From assembly GCA_030390025.1 (NCBI GenBank), contig CM059432.1, forward strand, positions 49,044,001 to 49,108,000: DNA of 64,000 nt, given 5' to 3'. Position 1 is the first letter of the stretch, and each line of letters begins with the position of its first letter. A program made the position numbers and the translations under genes. Origin of the DNA: Squalus acanthias (lineage: Eukaryota). Of this stretch, positions 51,237-64,000 are shown one piece after another. The notes beneath the pieces are model-generated. The model saw only the letters and a program-made list of their open reading frames with translations. It made no database searches and was not told the DNA's origin.

Positions 51237-52722
51237 AAATTTCCAATCCTCTCTGGCTACAGGTGTGGTGCCGGAGGACTGGAGGACTGCTAACGCTGTA
51301 CTGTTGTTCAAAAAGGGAGAAAGGGATAAACCGAGTAATTACAGGCCAGTCAGCCTAACCTCGGAGGTTTGGCAAATTATTGGAAAAAATTCTGAGGGAC
51401 ATTATTAATCGTTATTTAGAAAGGCACGGATTAATCAAGGACAGTCAGCATGGATTTGTTAAGGGAAGGTCATGTCTGACTAACTAGATTGAATTTTTTG
51501 AGGGGGTAACAAGGAGGGTTGATGAGGGTAGTGCATTTGATGTGGTCTACATGGATTTTAGCAAGGCTTTTGACAAGGTCCCACATGGCAGACTGGTCAG
51601 AAAAGTAAAAGCCCATGGGATCCAAGGGAAGGTGGCAAGTTGGATCCAAGATTGGCTCAGTGGCAGGAAGCAAAGGGTATTGGTCGACGGGTGTTTTTAT
51701 GACTGGAAGGCTGTCTACCGCAGGGCTCAGTACTGGGTCCCTTGCTTTTTGTGGTATATATCAATGATTTAGACTTCAATGTAGGGGGCATGATTAAGAA
51801 GTTTGCAGATGATACAAAAATCGTCTGTGTGGTTGATAGTGAGGAAGAAAGCTGTAGACTGCAGGAAGATATCAATGGACTGGTCAGGTGGGCAGAAAAG
51901 TGGCAAATGGAATTCAATCCGGAGAAGTGTGAGGTAATGCATTTGGGGAGGGCTAACAAGGCAAGGGAATACCCAATAAATGGTAGGCTACTGAGAAGTG
52001 TAGAGGAACAGAGAGACATTGGAGTGCATGTCCACAGATCCCTGAAGGTAGCAGGATGGGTAGATAAGGTGGTTAAGAAGGCATACGGGATACTTTCCTT
52101 TATTAGCCAAGGCATAGAATATAAGAGCAGGGAGGTTATGCTTGAACTGTATAAAACACTAGTTAGGGCACAGCTAGAATACTACATACAGTTCTGGTCA
52201 TCACATTACAGGAAAGATGCGATTCCACTAGAGAGGGTACGAGGAGATTTACGAGGATGCTGCCAGGACTGGAACATTTTAGCTATGAGGAAAGATTGGA
52301 TAGGCTGGGGTTGTTTTCTTTGGAACAGAGGAGGCTGAAGGGAGATTTAATTGAGGTGTATAAAATTATGAGGGGCCTAGATAGAGTGGATAGGAAGGAC
52401 CTATTTCCCTTAGCAGAGAGGACAATAACCAGGGGGCATAGATTTAAAGTAATTGGTAGAAGGATTAGAGGGAGTTGAGGAGAACTTTCTTCACCCAGAG
52501 GATGATGGGGGTCTGGAACTCACTGCCTGAAAGGGTGATAAAGGCAGAAACCCTCATCACATTTAAAAAGTACTTGGATATGCACTTGAAGTGCTGTAAC
52601 CTACAGGGATACGGACCAAGAGCTGGAAAGTGGGATTAGGCTGGATAGCTCTTTTTCGTTTGGCACAGACACGATGGGCCGAATGGCCTCCTTCTGTGCT
52701 GTAAATTTCTATGATTTTATGA
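51237..52722 (+). mobile_element. CR1 LINE 3' fragment
   Basis: YMDFSKAFDKVPHGRL, YINDLD...KFADDTK, and tail TTTCTATGATTTTATGA. Confidence 0.92.
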
Positions 52723-53149
52723 AAATAAAACACAATATAAACATCCAGATGAGACTCTCAAATTTAATGAGATATTTATGAATGACTTTACAGGTACAAT
52801 CTCGTCTCATTAGAATTCCAAGTGTGAAGACCCACATCAGCACCAGGTAACAGGGATTAAAACTTCTTCCAGGCAAAACTCCAAACATAGTTAAGTATAT
52901 GGAACAGTGAGTGTCTGATAATAATTAACAACAATAAAAGTCAGAAACTACAGCAGCATCTCCTGCCTTGTGCATCTCTCTCACTTCACATAACCTTCTG
53001 AATTACATCAAAATTCTCCCATTTTCTTTCCACAGTGGTAGGAGAAACCACAACTCTGTCATTCTTCAACCCAGTCCATGAGGATCATTACACAGGACAT
53101 GGAGCAACGTATAATTAAACTTAAACATAGGTTCAAGTGTGAAACAGCT

Positions 53150-53540
53150 TTTTTTCTTTGCCATTTTTCTGTTCTTCCTTCCTCTCCTTGCTGGGTACAG
53201 TTTCATGGGTGTCAAATCCCTTCAGTACTTTGTCCATGTATCCAAGTATTCATGTGCAAGCCTTGATAATGAGTGTTGGCAAGGTTTTCAACAACAACAA
53301 GCATCATCGCTAACCTGATCCTGTCTTCATCTATTGTCCTCCAATATGTACTTCCAGTCTTGATCACAGGAGTGGGAACACTCGTTGATTTCCTGTTCCA
53401 AGACCAGGGGCACTGAGGCCAATTGTACATTTCTGCCAATATCCCAGCTGCGATCATCTAACTCAGCACAGACCAAGAATCAAAATGTAACCCTCCCAGT
53501 CTGTACAGATCAGCTATTACTGAACAAAACTGCTGAGCCA
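53150..53540 (-). mobile_element. Decayed SINE of unnamed family
   Basis: GCACTGAGGCCAA and CTAACTCAGCACAGACC are reverse complements of blocks in the 12220 and 23320 copies. Confidence 0.5.
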
Positions 53541-54869
53541 TCAGGGACACTGATAGTCCTCTGGCACTTCACAAAAATGGCCAATTTTCATACATGACCC
53601 TATATATGAAGCTTAGATTTTCCATTTTTGGCATTGTTTACACTGGAATAACTGTTGTTGAATTTTAAATAAAAGGAAGGATGTTGATTCCATTGAATTT
53701 TCCTAGGTCAGCTCATCAGCATAGCTTGGATGTATGGAGCACACTAAAGCTCATGAATGCAAGTGAAATTTAAAAAGGTGGCAACATTTAAAGGGGAGTG
53801 TCACAATAGTGTATCAAAAGTTCTAATGCCAATGGGGAGAGTTAAAAGGCATCCCCAGCCAACGATCAGGTTTTGCCAAGATACAAGGGGCAAAGGACAA
53901 GGAAGAGCCTGGTAAAAATAGAGGAAAAGAAATTACAAGATGCAAGCATGAATCTGCAGGCAAGTGACAAAACAATACAATGCCTGACTGCCTATTGATG
54001 GCTGCAGAGGTTGAGGTTGTACCACATGAGGCAGTTGTGAGGACAATGTCTGTGGACAGTGAGGTCTGTGTCACTCTACGGAACCATCCCCACAGGCCAG
54101 CATTGTCACTGGATGTACAAGTCCTATGCTGCATGATAACTAGCTGTCTGATGTCCCAGACCTTGAGAAAACAGTTCCCCACAGGTAGTGCCAGGTACAT
54201 TTTCCTATGGCTTGGCAGCTTGATGAATGCAGTCAATCAAGGTACACTGCTTTCTTTTATGAATGCCACTGAAAGTGTGACATACTTGGGGTGGCTCCAA
54301 GAACGCATCCAACATTACAGGCATTCATGTAAATTAGTGATATTATCAGGTCTGATCCGACAGCATTTGTTAGGAATGGGAGCCTCCAGATGCTTTAATC
54401 ATCAGCCAGAATGAGATATGTTAACCTCTGTCTGCAGATGCAGGTGTGAGGGTCCCAGTGGGTTGGGCACAGACAATCTCTTCTGCCTGAGCTGCGTGCC
54501 ACCCCCTATCCCCATTACTGTTCCTCTTCTTCCAAACACATCAAATAGCGGGATATCCGTTACAAAACAGATTGGTGTTAGTAACGGAGCCAAGGGCAAA
54601 AGTCTCAATATTCCTGCTTCTTTTTCATAACCTCCACTTACTTACAATTGCCTAGCAACCTTGAGCGCCCATGTCACATGGGACGATTAACGCTTGATGT
54701 CCTGCAAGCCAGAATGGCATGAACTGTGGTGCAGGACTGATATGCCCTCAAATTAATATTTAAATGAAGCATCCATCCTAACATTAAAAAATGTTTTCAG
54801 TACTTCAACAATAAGAGGGTAGTCAGGGAAGAAATAAGCACCATAAAGAATGCAATTGGGCTGGAAACA

Positions 54870-55280
54870 GAGAGTAGGCACAAGATAGTAAAAATACTGA
54901 ATGATTACTCTCTCCAAGCATTCACAAGGAAATACATGAGGAATATGTCCTCCCCAAACGCAGACAACCTAAGCAAAATTAATGACTTTGATATATATCT
55001 GAGATGAAAGTCCTAACAAGGCTAAAAAAAACAAATAAATCGTCAGTGATAGATAGAATTTACCCCAGACTGCTAAAAGAAGCTACAAGGCACTGACAAT
55101 CTGGAAACAGGCTAATATAGTGCCTATATTCAAAAAGGGTGACAAAACAGACACCGCTAACTACAGATTCATTAGTCTTACTTCAATTCCATGTAAAATA
55201 TCAGGAGTAAACTGGAGGGTTACCTGTACAATAATAACTAAGTAAATAGCAGTCACTGTAGTTTCAGAAGGGGCTTGTAG
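54870..55280 (+). mobile_element. Old CR1 RT fragment
   Basis: W-K-Q-A-N-I-V-P-I-F-K-K-G-D...N-Y-R-F-I-S-L-T-S remnant around 55100-55200. Confidence 0.6.
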
Positions 55281-56469
55281 GAAGTATCATTAGTCACATT
55301 GTCATAGTAGTGTTGTTGCCTTGAAATCTCAATAACTATAAGCACTGATGCAATTCCTCTCCCACTGCATGTGGGTCTGTGAGTAATTAAAGAGTGTGGG
55401 AAGCTCCATATGGGCAAAATAATTAACACGTTCACTGTACACTTTTACTGAGATGTCATTCATTGCAGCTTGCATCCATTCTGGATAAGGATGTCAAGTA
55501 GCATTTTTCTGGAGACAGAAATTGCAGTGAGAATGAGGGCAACTAGTACTTTTCATGGTGATTGATTCAATTTTGTCTGTCTGAAAAGGTGGCCATTGGG
55601 ATATTGTACAAGGTGTAATTTAATTTCTTTCAAGTTCGACAAGTATACTGCACACCCCAACTGAAAACACAAACCAACTTAAAAATTCTTGGCCTATTGA
55701 AAATCAATAATACATTTATTATTTGCACAAGAGCAACATTTCCTATATGTATAGTGGAAAAGCTACTTTCTACCTCTTCAGCTGCTTTGACATCAGAAAT
55801 TCAATTGGCATTGCTAACTTACCCAGAAAACTCTATTATTTATGCCGTATAAAGTCAGTGTTTGTTCGACATGCTGTCAATTGTGACAGATTGGTTTCCC
55901 ACAGCTATATTTGAATGATGTAAAACAGATTTTCAAGGGGAAAAAAAACATTTGTTGTTGGAAACATGGCATGCAAATGTGATATGTTGCAATATCGCAT
56001 CTCTGATTCCCTCTCCCCCATCACTGGCAGCCTGCTTCAGTCCAGTTAAGCACCTGGTGGATACCTCTTGCTCAGATAACTGGTTTATGAGCTGACAAAC
56101 TCACTACAGGTATGACTACATGCTGGCCTTTAAATATCCAGAATGTTAATGAAACTGAATTTGAGCCTTGTCACTGACAGGTATAAATAAAATTACCAAG
56201 CTGGAAAGGAATGAGACTATACTTGGAGATTTGATTTATTTAGCATGCCTAGGGCTTCGTGGAGCTTTACACTTGCTTTAGCAATTCATGCAGTGTGAAA
56301 AAAATGCTAAAAATGGCTAATCAGTCTAGAATTACATTTAGAATGTGCTGCTTAAATATTTAAAGTTTTGTCTGTAAATATTATATTTTATAAATGCGAA
56401 TGTAGTTTAAGCACTTGGCCTACATAGGAGGCCCTGACATCACTGTGGGTTCTTGCTGAAAGAAATAAG

Positions 56470-57211
56470 GGGCCGAAACTTGATCCCGGGACGCGAGAGT
56501 ACGCACTGCGTACTCTCGCGTATTCCCACTCCAATTGCCGGTTTTCTGCATGCCCTGCGTATGCGCTGAAAACCGGCAATTGCTCTTCTGAAAAGGGGGC
56601 GGGTCTTGGGTGCATCGCGTGCGCGCTACAGGCTGCGCGCACGCTGTGCACTTCATGCTTTGGACGCGCAGGTAAGTACTGAAGATTTTGGAAATGTAAA
56701 AAGGAGGAGTAAGACCCGCTTTTAAGAAGGTAAGTAGTGAATTAAGTATTTTTTTGAATTTTTTTTTACAGGTATATCTTTTTTAGAGACTTTAAAGACA
56801 GGTAAGTTTATTTTTATAACTTTTTAAAAGATTTTAAATTTTTTCAAAAATTTAATTTTTTATTTAAAATGGTTAATTTAATTAACTATACTTATTTTAT
56901 TAATGTGATGGTTTTTTTTTTTATTTAATTGAGGTTTAGCTGTTATTTTGGGGGGTGTAAGATTCATAGATTTCACAGCAGGTCTGTGAAACTTATGAAT
57001 GGAAGATGGTGTGCTGCCATTGGCTCTAACCGAGTCACGTGATCCCACAGCTCGCACGAATTCACTACGCCGCTGGGATACGCAAGCCCAGCACAGCTGA
57101 TGTCTGGAACATCAAGTTCGTGCGAGCTGGATCTGAAAAAGCACAAGCGAGGTGAGACATCGCGGGGAAGGCTTACCCCCGCGGGAACAGAGCGAGATCA
57201 ATTTCTGGGCC
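56470..57211. mobile_element. Harbinger-type MITE
   Basis: TIRs GGGCCGAAACTTGATC / GATCAATTTCTGGGCC with TSD AAG. Confidence 0.7.
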
Positions 57212-57883
57212 AAGGTGTAGTAAGTAAGTAAAGGTCTAGTCACTACTCAAGGTTCTTGGGATTTAGAGTAAAATACAATAGAAAGAGATGATAAGGCTAA
57301 AATGATTAATATTTTAAAAGACCTAGACATTTACAGGTAAAATATACACAAGACAGCATAAATTAAATCACAGATGTATAAATAGAGCTCTGACTCCCCC
57401 ATGACCAGGACACTCGCATTTTCTAACAATATCCAATAACAATGATTCTACCATTTAATAATAAAATAATATCCAGTTACCAGCAATAAGCAGTAATCTT
57501 GTGCTGCAAAAGACTTATGTAAAAGAATATGTCATTACAGTAGAGATTACATTCATTACTGCAATAGAGAGGATTTTGCAAAGTATGTATACAGAAAGGA
57601 TTTGTTCCGAAGCTCAGGAAAAGCCTTCAGATGTTACATCATGTTTTAACCATTATATTATCTGTCAGCTTATCCCCTTATACTGAACCAAGTAAGAAAT
57701 TGCCAGCAGCTCACATTCTTACTCTAGCCAAAGCATTGCTGCTGAATGACTGTTCATTAATGATTCCACTTCATGTCACAAAAGGCTTTACACATTGTGA
57801 TTTTTTTTCATACTTCAACACAAAAAAGTACTTCTGTTATCTAAATGAATATTCTCATGCAGACAAAAAAGAGTTTTCTCATT

Positions 57884-59390
57884 GGTCTAGAAATTGGATA
57901 TGGCCACAAAATGGGCAGTGTTAAGTCCCAACGATGTTAAGCTGCACCAGGTCAAAATGGTCTAGGTAGCACACAAAATTCGTGCTCAGTCCTCATTACC
58001 ATAATTATAGTATTGATCTCAGCATTAAAACCGCTGCTCATTGACTTGTCGCTCAACTGGTGGGCCAATATCAGGTCCAGTCTAATTCCCAGTCATGTTA
58101 GGCACAGGCTTAAAGGGGAAGTGCATTGATGCTACAGCACCTCATTGTCAATGCAGTTCCAACATCACCTGGAAACAGACGTCAGTGGAAGCAGATGGCT
58201 GAGCCTCAGCACAGGGAGAGAGCTCGCAGATTCTCAGACGCGGCTCTTGAGGCACTGGTGATGGCCGTGGAGAGGAGGCGGGCTGTCCTCTTCACACAGA
58301 CTGGCAGGAAGCCCTTGCCACATACATCTCGAAGGCTCTGGCATGAGTGGTGGGGTTGTCGAGGGGAGTCATCAGCCAGGTCTCTGTCTCTGTCTCTGAG
58401 CAGCCACCCTCGAGTTTCACATGGTGGCTGGAAGATTGCTGGCACACCGGACTGACACAGGACGAAGGCATCATGGCTGCTGCCAGGTTAGCGAGCATTG
58501 ACCATCATGAAGTGCTGGGCGTGGTCGCACACCAACTGCACATTAAGTGGTAGCCTTTGCGATTACAGAAGATCTCAGGATTGTTATGCAGCACCCGCAA
58601 AGCCACGTGTGTGCAGTCGATGATACCCTGCACCGTGGGGAGCCCGCTATCCTAGCAAAGCCACATGTGCACTCGTCCTGCTTCTCTCTGCTCAGAGAGA
58701 AGAAAACGTAGTCCCTTCTCCTGGTATAGAGAGCCTCAGTGACCTCCCGGATGCAGCAATGGACGGCGAACTGGGAAATGTTAGCTGTGTCTCCTGCTGC
58801 AGACTGGAAGGATCCACTGGTGAAGAAATTGAGGGCCACGGTGACCTTGACTGCCACTAGGAGAGCCGTGTCACCCTGCTCTCAGGCTGCAGGTCTGGTT
58901 GCAGGAGGTGACAGAGTTCTGTGACCACCTCCTTGGTGAAGTGGAGCCTCCCAATACACTACTTCTCGCTTAAGTGGATATATGAGAAATGCCCTCGGAA
59001 GACCCTAGGTGGGTAAGGCCTCCTGTTGAGAGCCCTCCTGGCCCTCCTCCTCCCTTTGTGTGCATCTTCTCCTCTTCTTCACTGCCTCCGCTCCCTCTCT
59101 CGAGCGCGAGGGGGACTGCCAGTAGAGCCCCCATGAATGTGAGCAAGTGTTGTGAGCAGAAGCCTTTAAATAATAATGAAGGCGTTCTCCACTTGCAACA
59201 ACACTCCCTGTTATTTTAGAACCTTGAAAGAAGTAATAAAGCTGCTGGAGTTGCAGAAAGTTGCACAGAGCCAGTCAAACTGCGGAAACATGGCAGCTGT
59301 AAAATGTTCCTGATGATCCCTTTAAATACCCCTGCTGGAGCCTCCTTCCTGTTTCTCAACACTTGCTCAGCTGGTCGCACTTAAGGCATG
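57884..59390. mobile_element. Internally deleted Harbinger (Myb exon-1 remnant plus transposase remnant)
   Basis: Left TIR GGTCTAGAAATTG. Plus strand RRFSDAALEALV; minus strand AVKVTVALNFFTSGSFQ. Homologous to 1-690. Confidence 0.8.
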
Positions 59391-59654
59391 CGCCTTCAAC
59401 GATTTGTGCACATATAGCCCCAGGTCTCTCTGTTCATGCACCCCTTTTAGAATTGTACCCTTTAGTTTATATTGCCTCTCCTCGTTCTTCCGAACAAAAT
59501 GTATCACTTTGCACTTTTCTGCGTTAAATTTAATCTGCCACGTGTCCGCTCATTCCACTAGCCTGTCTATGTCCTCCTGAAGTCTACTCCCAGCAATCAA
59601 ACATAACAGGCCTGAGAGAACACTCAGTATTAAGGTATTAATTCAAAAGCATTC

Positions 59655-61905
59655 ACAGGATATGGCCATCGCTATTAAGGCTGCCATTTATTGCCCATTT
59701 CTAGTTGCCCTGAAAAACTGGTGGTGGGCCTTCTTCCTGATAAGCTGCAGTCCGTGTAGTGAAGTTACTCCCACAGTGCTGTTAGGGAGTGTAGAATTCG
59801 CAATATATCGCGATTTTATAAATAAGGAGAAATCACATAGTTTCGTTCAAACAGCTTTATTTCAGCAGAATGCTGTCAGGTTTTCAAAGTGGACACAAGC
59901 AGCCTGTAAAATGGCCGCCACGCCTCGTGGCAGAACATTCTAGACTTTTCGATAAGCAGACAAGATGGCGTTCCAATAAACATTTGTGCGAGATCGATCA
60001 AGACTCAGCACATTTGAGATAATACACAAGACATTATGGGTTTGCAGTATACACATAAATACTGAAATCGGTCTCCCAGGTGCGAATAAGGGCTATTGTA
60101 CCGAGCGATCAAGAACCCATCCAAAGACATTAATATGCAAAATCCCCACGACTCTACGATGAGAGAGCCGTTTGCGGGTAGTTACAGAAAACATTTGGAA
60201 GCCCCAAAACCCCTCCAGGGAGAATACTGACTGGTTACACAATGGGAGAAGTATTAACGGGTACTCAGACAGTTACAAGTATCACCGAAACCCATTAAAA
60301 CGGAGATCACCCTATACAAGAAGTTTGAGCGCCAAAACTCTGACAAAAGAAAAGACATTAAGGTTGGGCGGGAAAAGAAGAGTTTCAGCACTATAACTGT
60401 AAGCTACAACCGTCCATCTTTCTCTTATTTCGCTCGCCGTCTTGTTCCTTGCCGCTTGCCTCGTGTCTCTGCCTCTTGCAGCTCTTGCTGTTTGACTTGC
60501 TGAAAGACTGTTGAACTTTCTGATCCGCCAGGATCAGCCTCGTGGCTTGCCGCGAAGATCTGTGTGGAACTGGGCTGTGAAGCCTTGAAACGGGCACACC
60601 ATCCCGAGAAGTCGGTAAACGGTGTTGGAACCAAAGGCCCGAGATGAGATGAGATGAGATGAGAAGAGAAGAAGACGACCATACGTATCGCCACGGTCAG
60701 TAAGCCCCGACCGCGCCTGTAGGTCGAATAGACACTTTCCTTGCCCAGGAAGACTATCTTTTGAGTTCTACAGAACTGGCATCGGAAGACTATTCTTCGA
60801 ATTTTATCGCACCAGGGCGAGGGCACAGGAAGACTTTTTTTGAGTAGTGTCGGAACTCCGAGGACAACACAGATCTTCATGACAGCAGACGGTCCAGCCT
60901 GCTAGCCGGAGCAGAAACGAGTAAACAAGTGGGGTACAGAGACCCCTGATCAACACGTGGGTGGTCAGGTGCTGCGGTAAAAACATCCGAGCAGAGTTTC
61001 GGAATTCTCCGAGTTATCACGAGTGGTGAGCATGAGTCTCGATCCTACAAATCTAGTTTAGAGCAGGTATTGATAGGGGAGGGTTTAAGTTTTAAGGATA
61101 ACTGTAATGTGTGCCCCCATTTACGATGTGTCGTTCGTTCCTCGTTTCCCTAAAATTAGTTACATAACTGCGTGTAAGATTGTACTGTCATTAATCTGTG
61201 CTTATGACATGTATTTCGTAATCTTGAATAATATGCAATAAAGATTTTCCATTTCGTACCATTCAACCGGGTCTACCTGAGTTTTCTCTCCATTATTGCT
61301 CTCGCATCTAAGTCCAGTGTCAGAACCGTAAGGGCGAGTGGGTCGAACCACTCACAGGTGTCTAGTGCTCCCAGACTGGCTGGAGACCAGAACAGGCAAC
61401 AAGGCCTAACCTCGCACTAGCACCCAGGCTGAGCACAGAGCCACACACGGGTCAAAACCCTTACAGGAGGGATTTCCAGGATTTTGAACCAGCGACGATG
61501 CAGGAATGCCGATATGTGTCCAAGTCAGGATGGTGTGTGACTTGGAGGGGAACTTGGAGGTGGCGGTGTTCGCATGCACCTGCTGCCCTTGTCCTCCTAG
61601 GTGATGGAGGTTGAGGGTTTGGGAGGTGTTGTCAAGTTGCTGCAGTGCATCCTGTAAATAGCGCACACTGTAGCCGTAGGTAGGCCAATGGTGGAGTCAG
61701 GGGATGTTTAAGCTGGTGGATGGAGTGCTGATCAAGAGGGCTACTTTGTTCTGGATGATGTCAAGCTTCTTGAGTGTTGCTGTAGCTGCACCCATCCAGG
61801 GAAGTGGAGAATATTCCTTCACACTCCTGACTTGTGCTTTGTAGAAGGTGAAGAGGTTTTGGGGAGTTAGGAGGTGAGCTTCTTGCTGCAAAATAACGAG
61901 CCTCA
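59655..61905 (-). mobile_element. LINE 3' fragment (same family as 46535-47190), split by a solo LTR
   Basis: CCACAGTGCTGTTAGGGAG|...|GGAGGGATTTCCAGGATTTTG continuity, and FYKAQVRSVKEYSPLPW. Confidence 0.8.
59790..61465 (+). mobile_element. Solo LTR (1,676 bp) of an LTR retroelement or ERV
   Basis: TGTA...TACA termini and 4-bp TSD GGAG (59786-59789, 61466-61469) cleanly interrupting a LINE. GC box 60366-60372, TATAA 60392-60396, AATAAA 61237-61242. Confidence 0.82.
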
Positions 61906-62809
61906 CTGAATCATAGGAGTACATATATCACCAGTGAAAAAAAAATTCGAAAGAAGTTTCTAATAGTTCTCCCCAAGTGTTTTTTTGATTTGCTCCTAGA
62001 AAATAAATAAATGAGAGGTAATTTTGTTACTTCCAGTTCACAGAAGGAAGTCTTGCAATTACAATTGGAAAAATCATATGCTCAATTTTTTGATATGCAC
62101 TGCTTGTGGGTAATTTTGGATTTGGGTTATGGTGTAAAATAGACGATATCTCTCCCGATTATGTATAATGGGTTGCTGAATCGATATGACCTGTTTTATA
62201 TTATCATCCATAGTCAAAATTACCCCCCTTTTGTGCAAGGCTCTCCATGGACGTGTGAAGTCAGAAAATTATTGGTATACTGCTGGCATCCACAGGCATC
62301 TCGCTGGCAAAGAGGAGTTCAGTTTTAGGCTGCTGCATCACTGATAGTAGCCCTCAGGTAGGTCTTGGAGGGGGTAAACCGGGAGAGGGGTGAAGCAATC
62401 GGTGGGGGGATGGGGGGCAACGATCGGGAGAGGGAGAGGACGATCATTAGGGGGCTGACAACTATCTTTGGTCCTACAGTGTGACTGGGAGGAGCCCTCC
62501 TGCATCTCATGGCTCCACATTCAGGTAAGTATTTCTTTTTTAACTTACCTTTATGGCGGCAGCCTCCTGCGGTCCCTTTAAGGACTGCGTATAGACCACA
62601 GTTTCCTGAATGCAGCTGGCCCAGCTAAAAGTCTCCTCTGTCTGCTAGTAGTAAGGGTCCTAAGTTAATGGATTTTGGCAGTCTGAATCCAGTTTCTAAT
62701 GAGCATGTGACTAAGGCAGCAAACTGTCCTTGCATTACCATTCAAAAGTATTTAATTGGGTATAAAATGTTTTGGGACATACAGACATTATGAAAGATGT
62801 TATATAAAA

Positions 62810-63810
62810 GTAAGTTCCGAGGAGGACTCCAACAAATTACAAGAAGACATTAATAAACTTGCAGAATTGGCATATAATTGGCAAATACATTTCAACACAG
62901 ATAAGTATGAGGTATTACATTTTGGTAAGAAAAATAAGGAGGTCACATATTACTTGGAAAATAAGAATCTAAATGGGGTAGAGGAGCAATGAGATCTGGG
63001 AGTACAAATACACAAATCACTAAAAGTAGTGACGGAGGTTAATAAAGCCATACAAAAAACAAGCTTTAGGTTTATTTCTAAAGAGATTGAATTGAAAAGT
63101 AGGGAAGTTATGCTAAACTTGTACTAAACCTTGGTTAGACTACACTTGGAGTACTGTGTAACGTTCTGGTCATCATGTTATAAAAAGGATATCGAGGCAG
63201 TGGAGAGAGTGCAAAAATGATTTACAAGAATGATATCAGGAATGCGAGGTTATACCTATGAGGAAAGGATGAACAGGTTCTGATGAAGGGTCATCGACCT
63301 GAAACGTTAACTCTGTTTCTCTCTCCACAGATGCTGCCTGACCTGCTGAGTATTTCCAGCATTTTCAGCTTTTATTTTATGAACAGGCTGAGTCTCTTTT
63401 CTCCTGAAAAGAGAAGGCTGAGGGGTGACCTAATAGAGGTCTTTAAAATTATGAAAGGTTTTGATAGAGTGGATACAGAGAGAATGTTTCCACTTGTGGG
63501 GAAGAGCAAAACTAGAAGCCATCAATATAAGATAGTCACCAAGAAATCCAATAGAGAATTCAGAAGAAACTTCTTTACCCAGAGAGTGGTGAGAATGTAG
63601 AACTCGCTACCACAGCGAGTAGTTGAGGTGAATAGTATAGATGCATTTAAGAGGAGGCTAAATAAGCAGATGAGGGAGAAGGGAATTGAGGGTTATGCTG
63701 ATAGAGTTAGATGAGAAAGGATGGTGGGAGGTGCGAGAGGAGCATAAACGCCGACATGGACTGGTTGGGCCAAATGGCCTGCTTCCGTGCCGCATATTCT
63801 ATGCAATTCT
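62810..63810 (+). mobile_element. CR1 LINE 3' fragment
   Basis: KLQEDINKL...EVLHFGKKN and RRLRGDLIEVFKIMKGFDRVD, with tail ATTCTATGCAATTCT. Confidence 0.88.
63278..63378 (+). mobile_element. 101-bp solo Penelope (family B) terminus carrying an intact hammerhead motif (63276-63312)
   Basis: TTCTGATGAAGGGTCATCGACCTGAAACGTTAACT... inside CR1. TSD ATGAACAGG at 63269-63277 and 63379-63387. Confidence 0.88.
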
Positions 63811-64000
63811 TTCTTCCTTTCTATTTCATACTAATTGGAAAACTCCTCAGTGAGATCGCAGAATGTCTGATGTGGGAAACGGGGAGAAAAAGTCATACTG
63901 GTGCAGTCAGGGGTGCTCTTATGAGGTTGGGGATGATGCATGTTGTTAGAGTAGAGCATCTGACTGTGCTATACGTGACTTGCCAGTACTTGGTGCTGAC

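Noticed and set aside
53823..54630. ORFs of 137-144 aa
   Set aside because: No splice or domain support; at best very decayed Harbinger-like sequence, too weak to call.

Overview
Vertebrate genomic DNA, most likely from a shark or other cartilaginous fish judging by the repeat complement (inference). The only host-gene segment I can support is the first coding exon of RALYL (minus strand, exon 38777-39048, ATG at 39032, encoding most of the RRM), so the rest of the window is probably RALYL intron. The introns are packed with transposable elements: CR1 LINE fragments, DeuSINE and other SINEs, a full-length decayed two-gene Harbinger transposon with several MITE and non-autonomous relatives, a 1,676-bp solo LTR, and two families of Penelope-like elements (RT plus GIY-YIG). 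The most striking structure is the Penelope system. Three insertions are fold-back elements with TSDs and a hammerhead ribozyme motif on each strand, and only one arm of each carries the terminal tail. One of them is an ORF-less 179-bp perfect hairpin. There are also two ~100-bp 'ribozyme-end only' insertions. The RALYL exon is bracketed by an inverted MITE pair, a classic back-splicing set-up. All family assignments come from motif recognition by eye; no database search was run.
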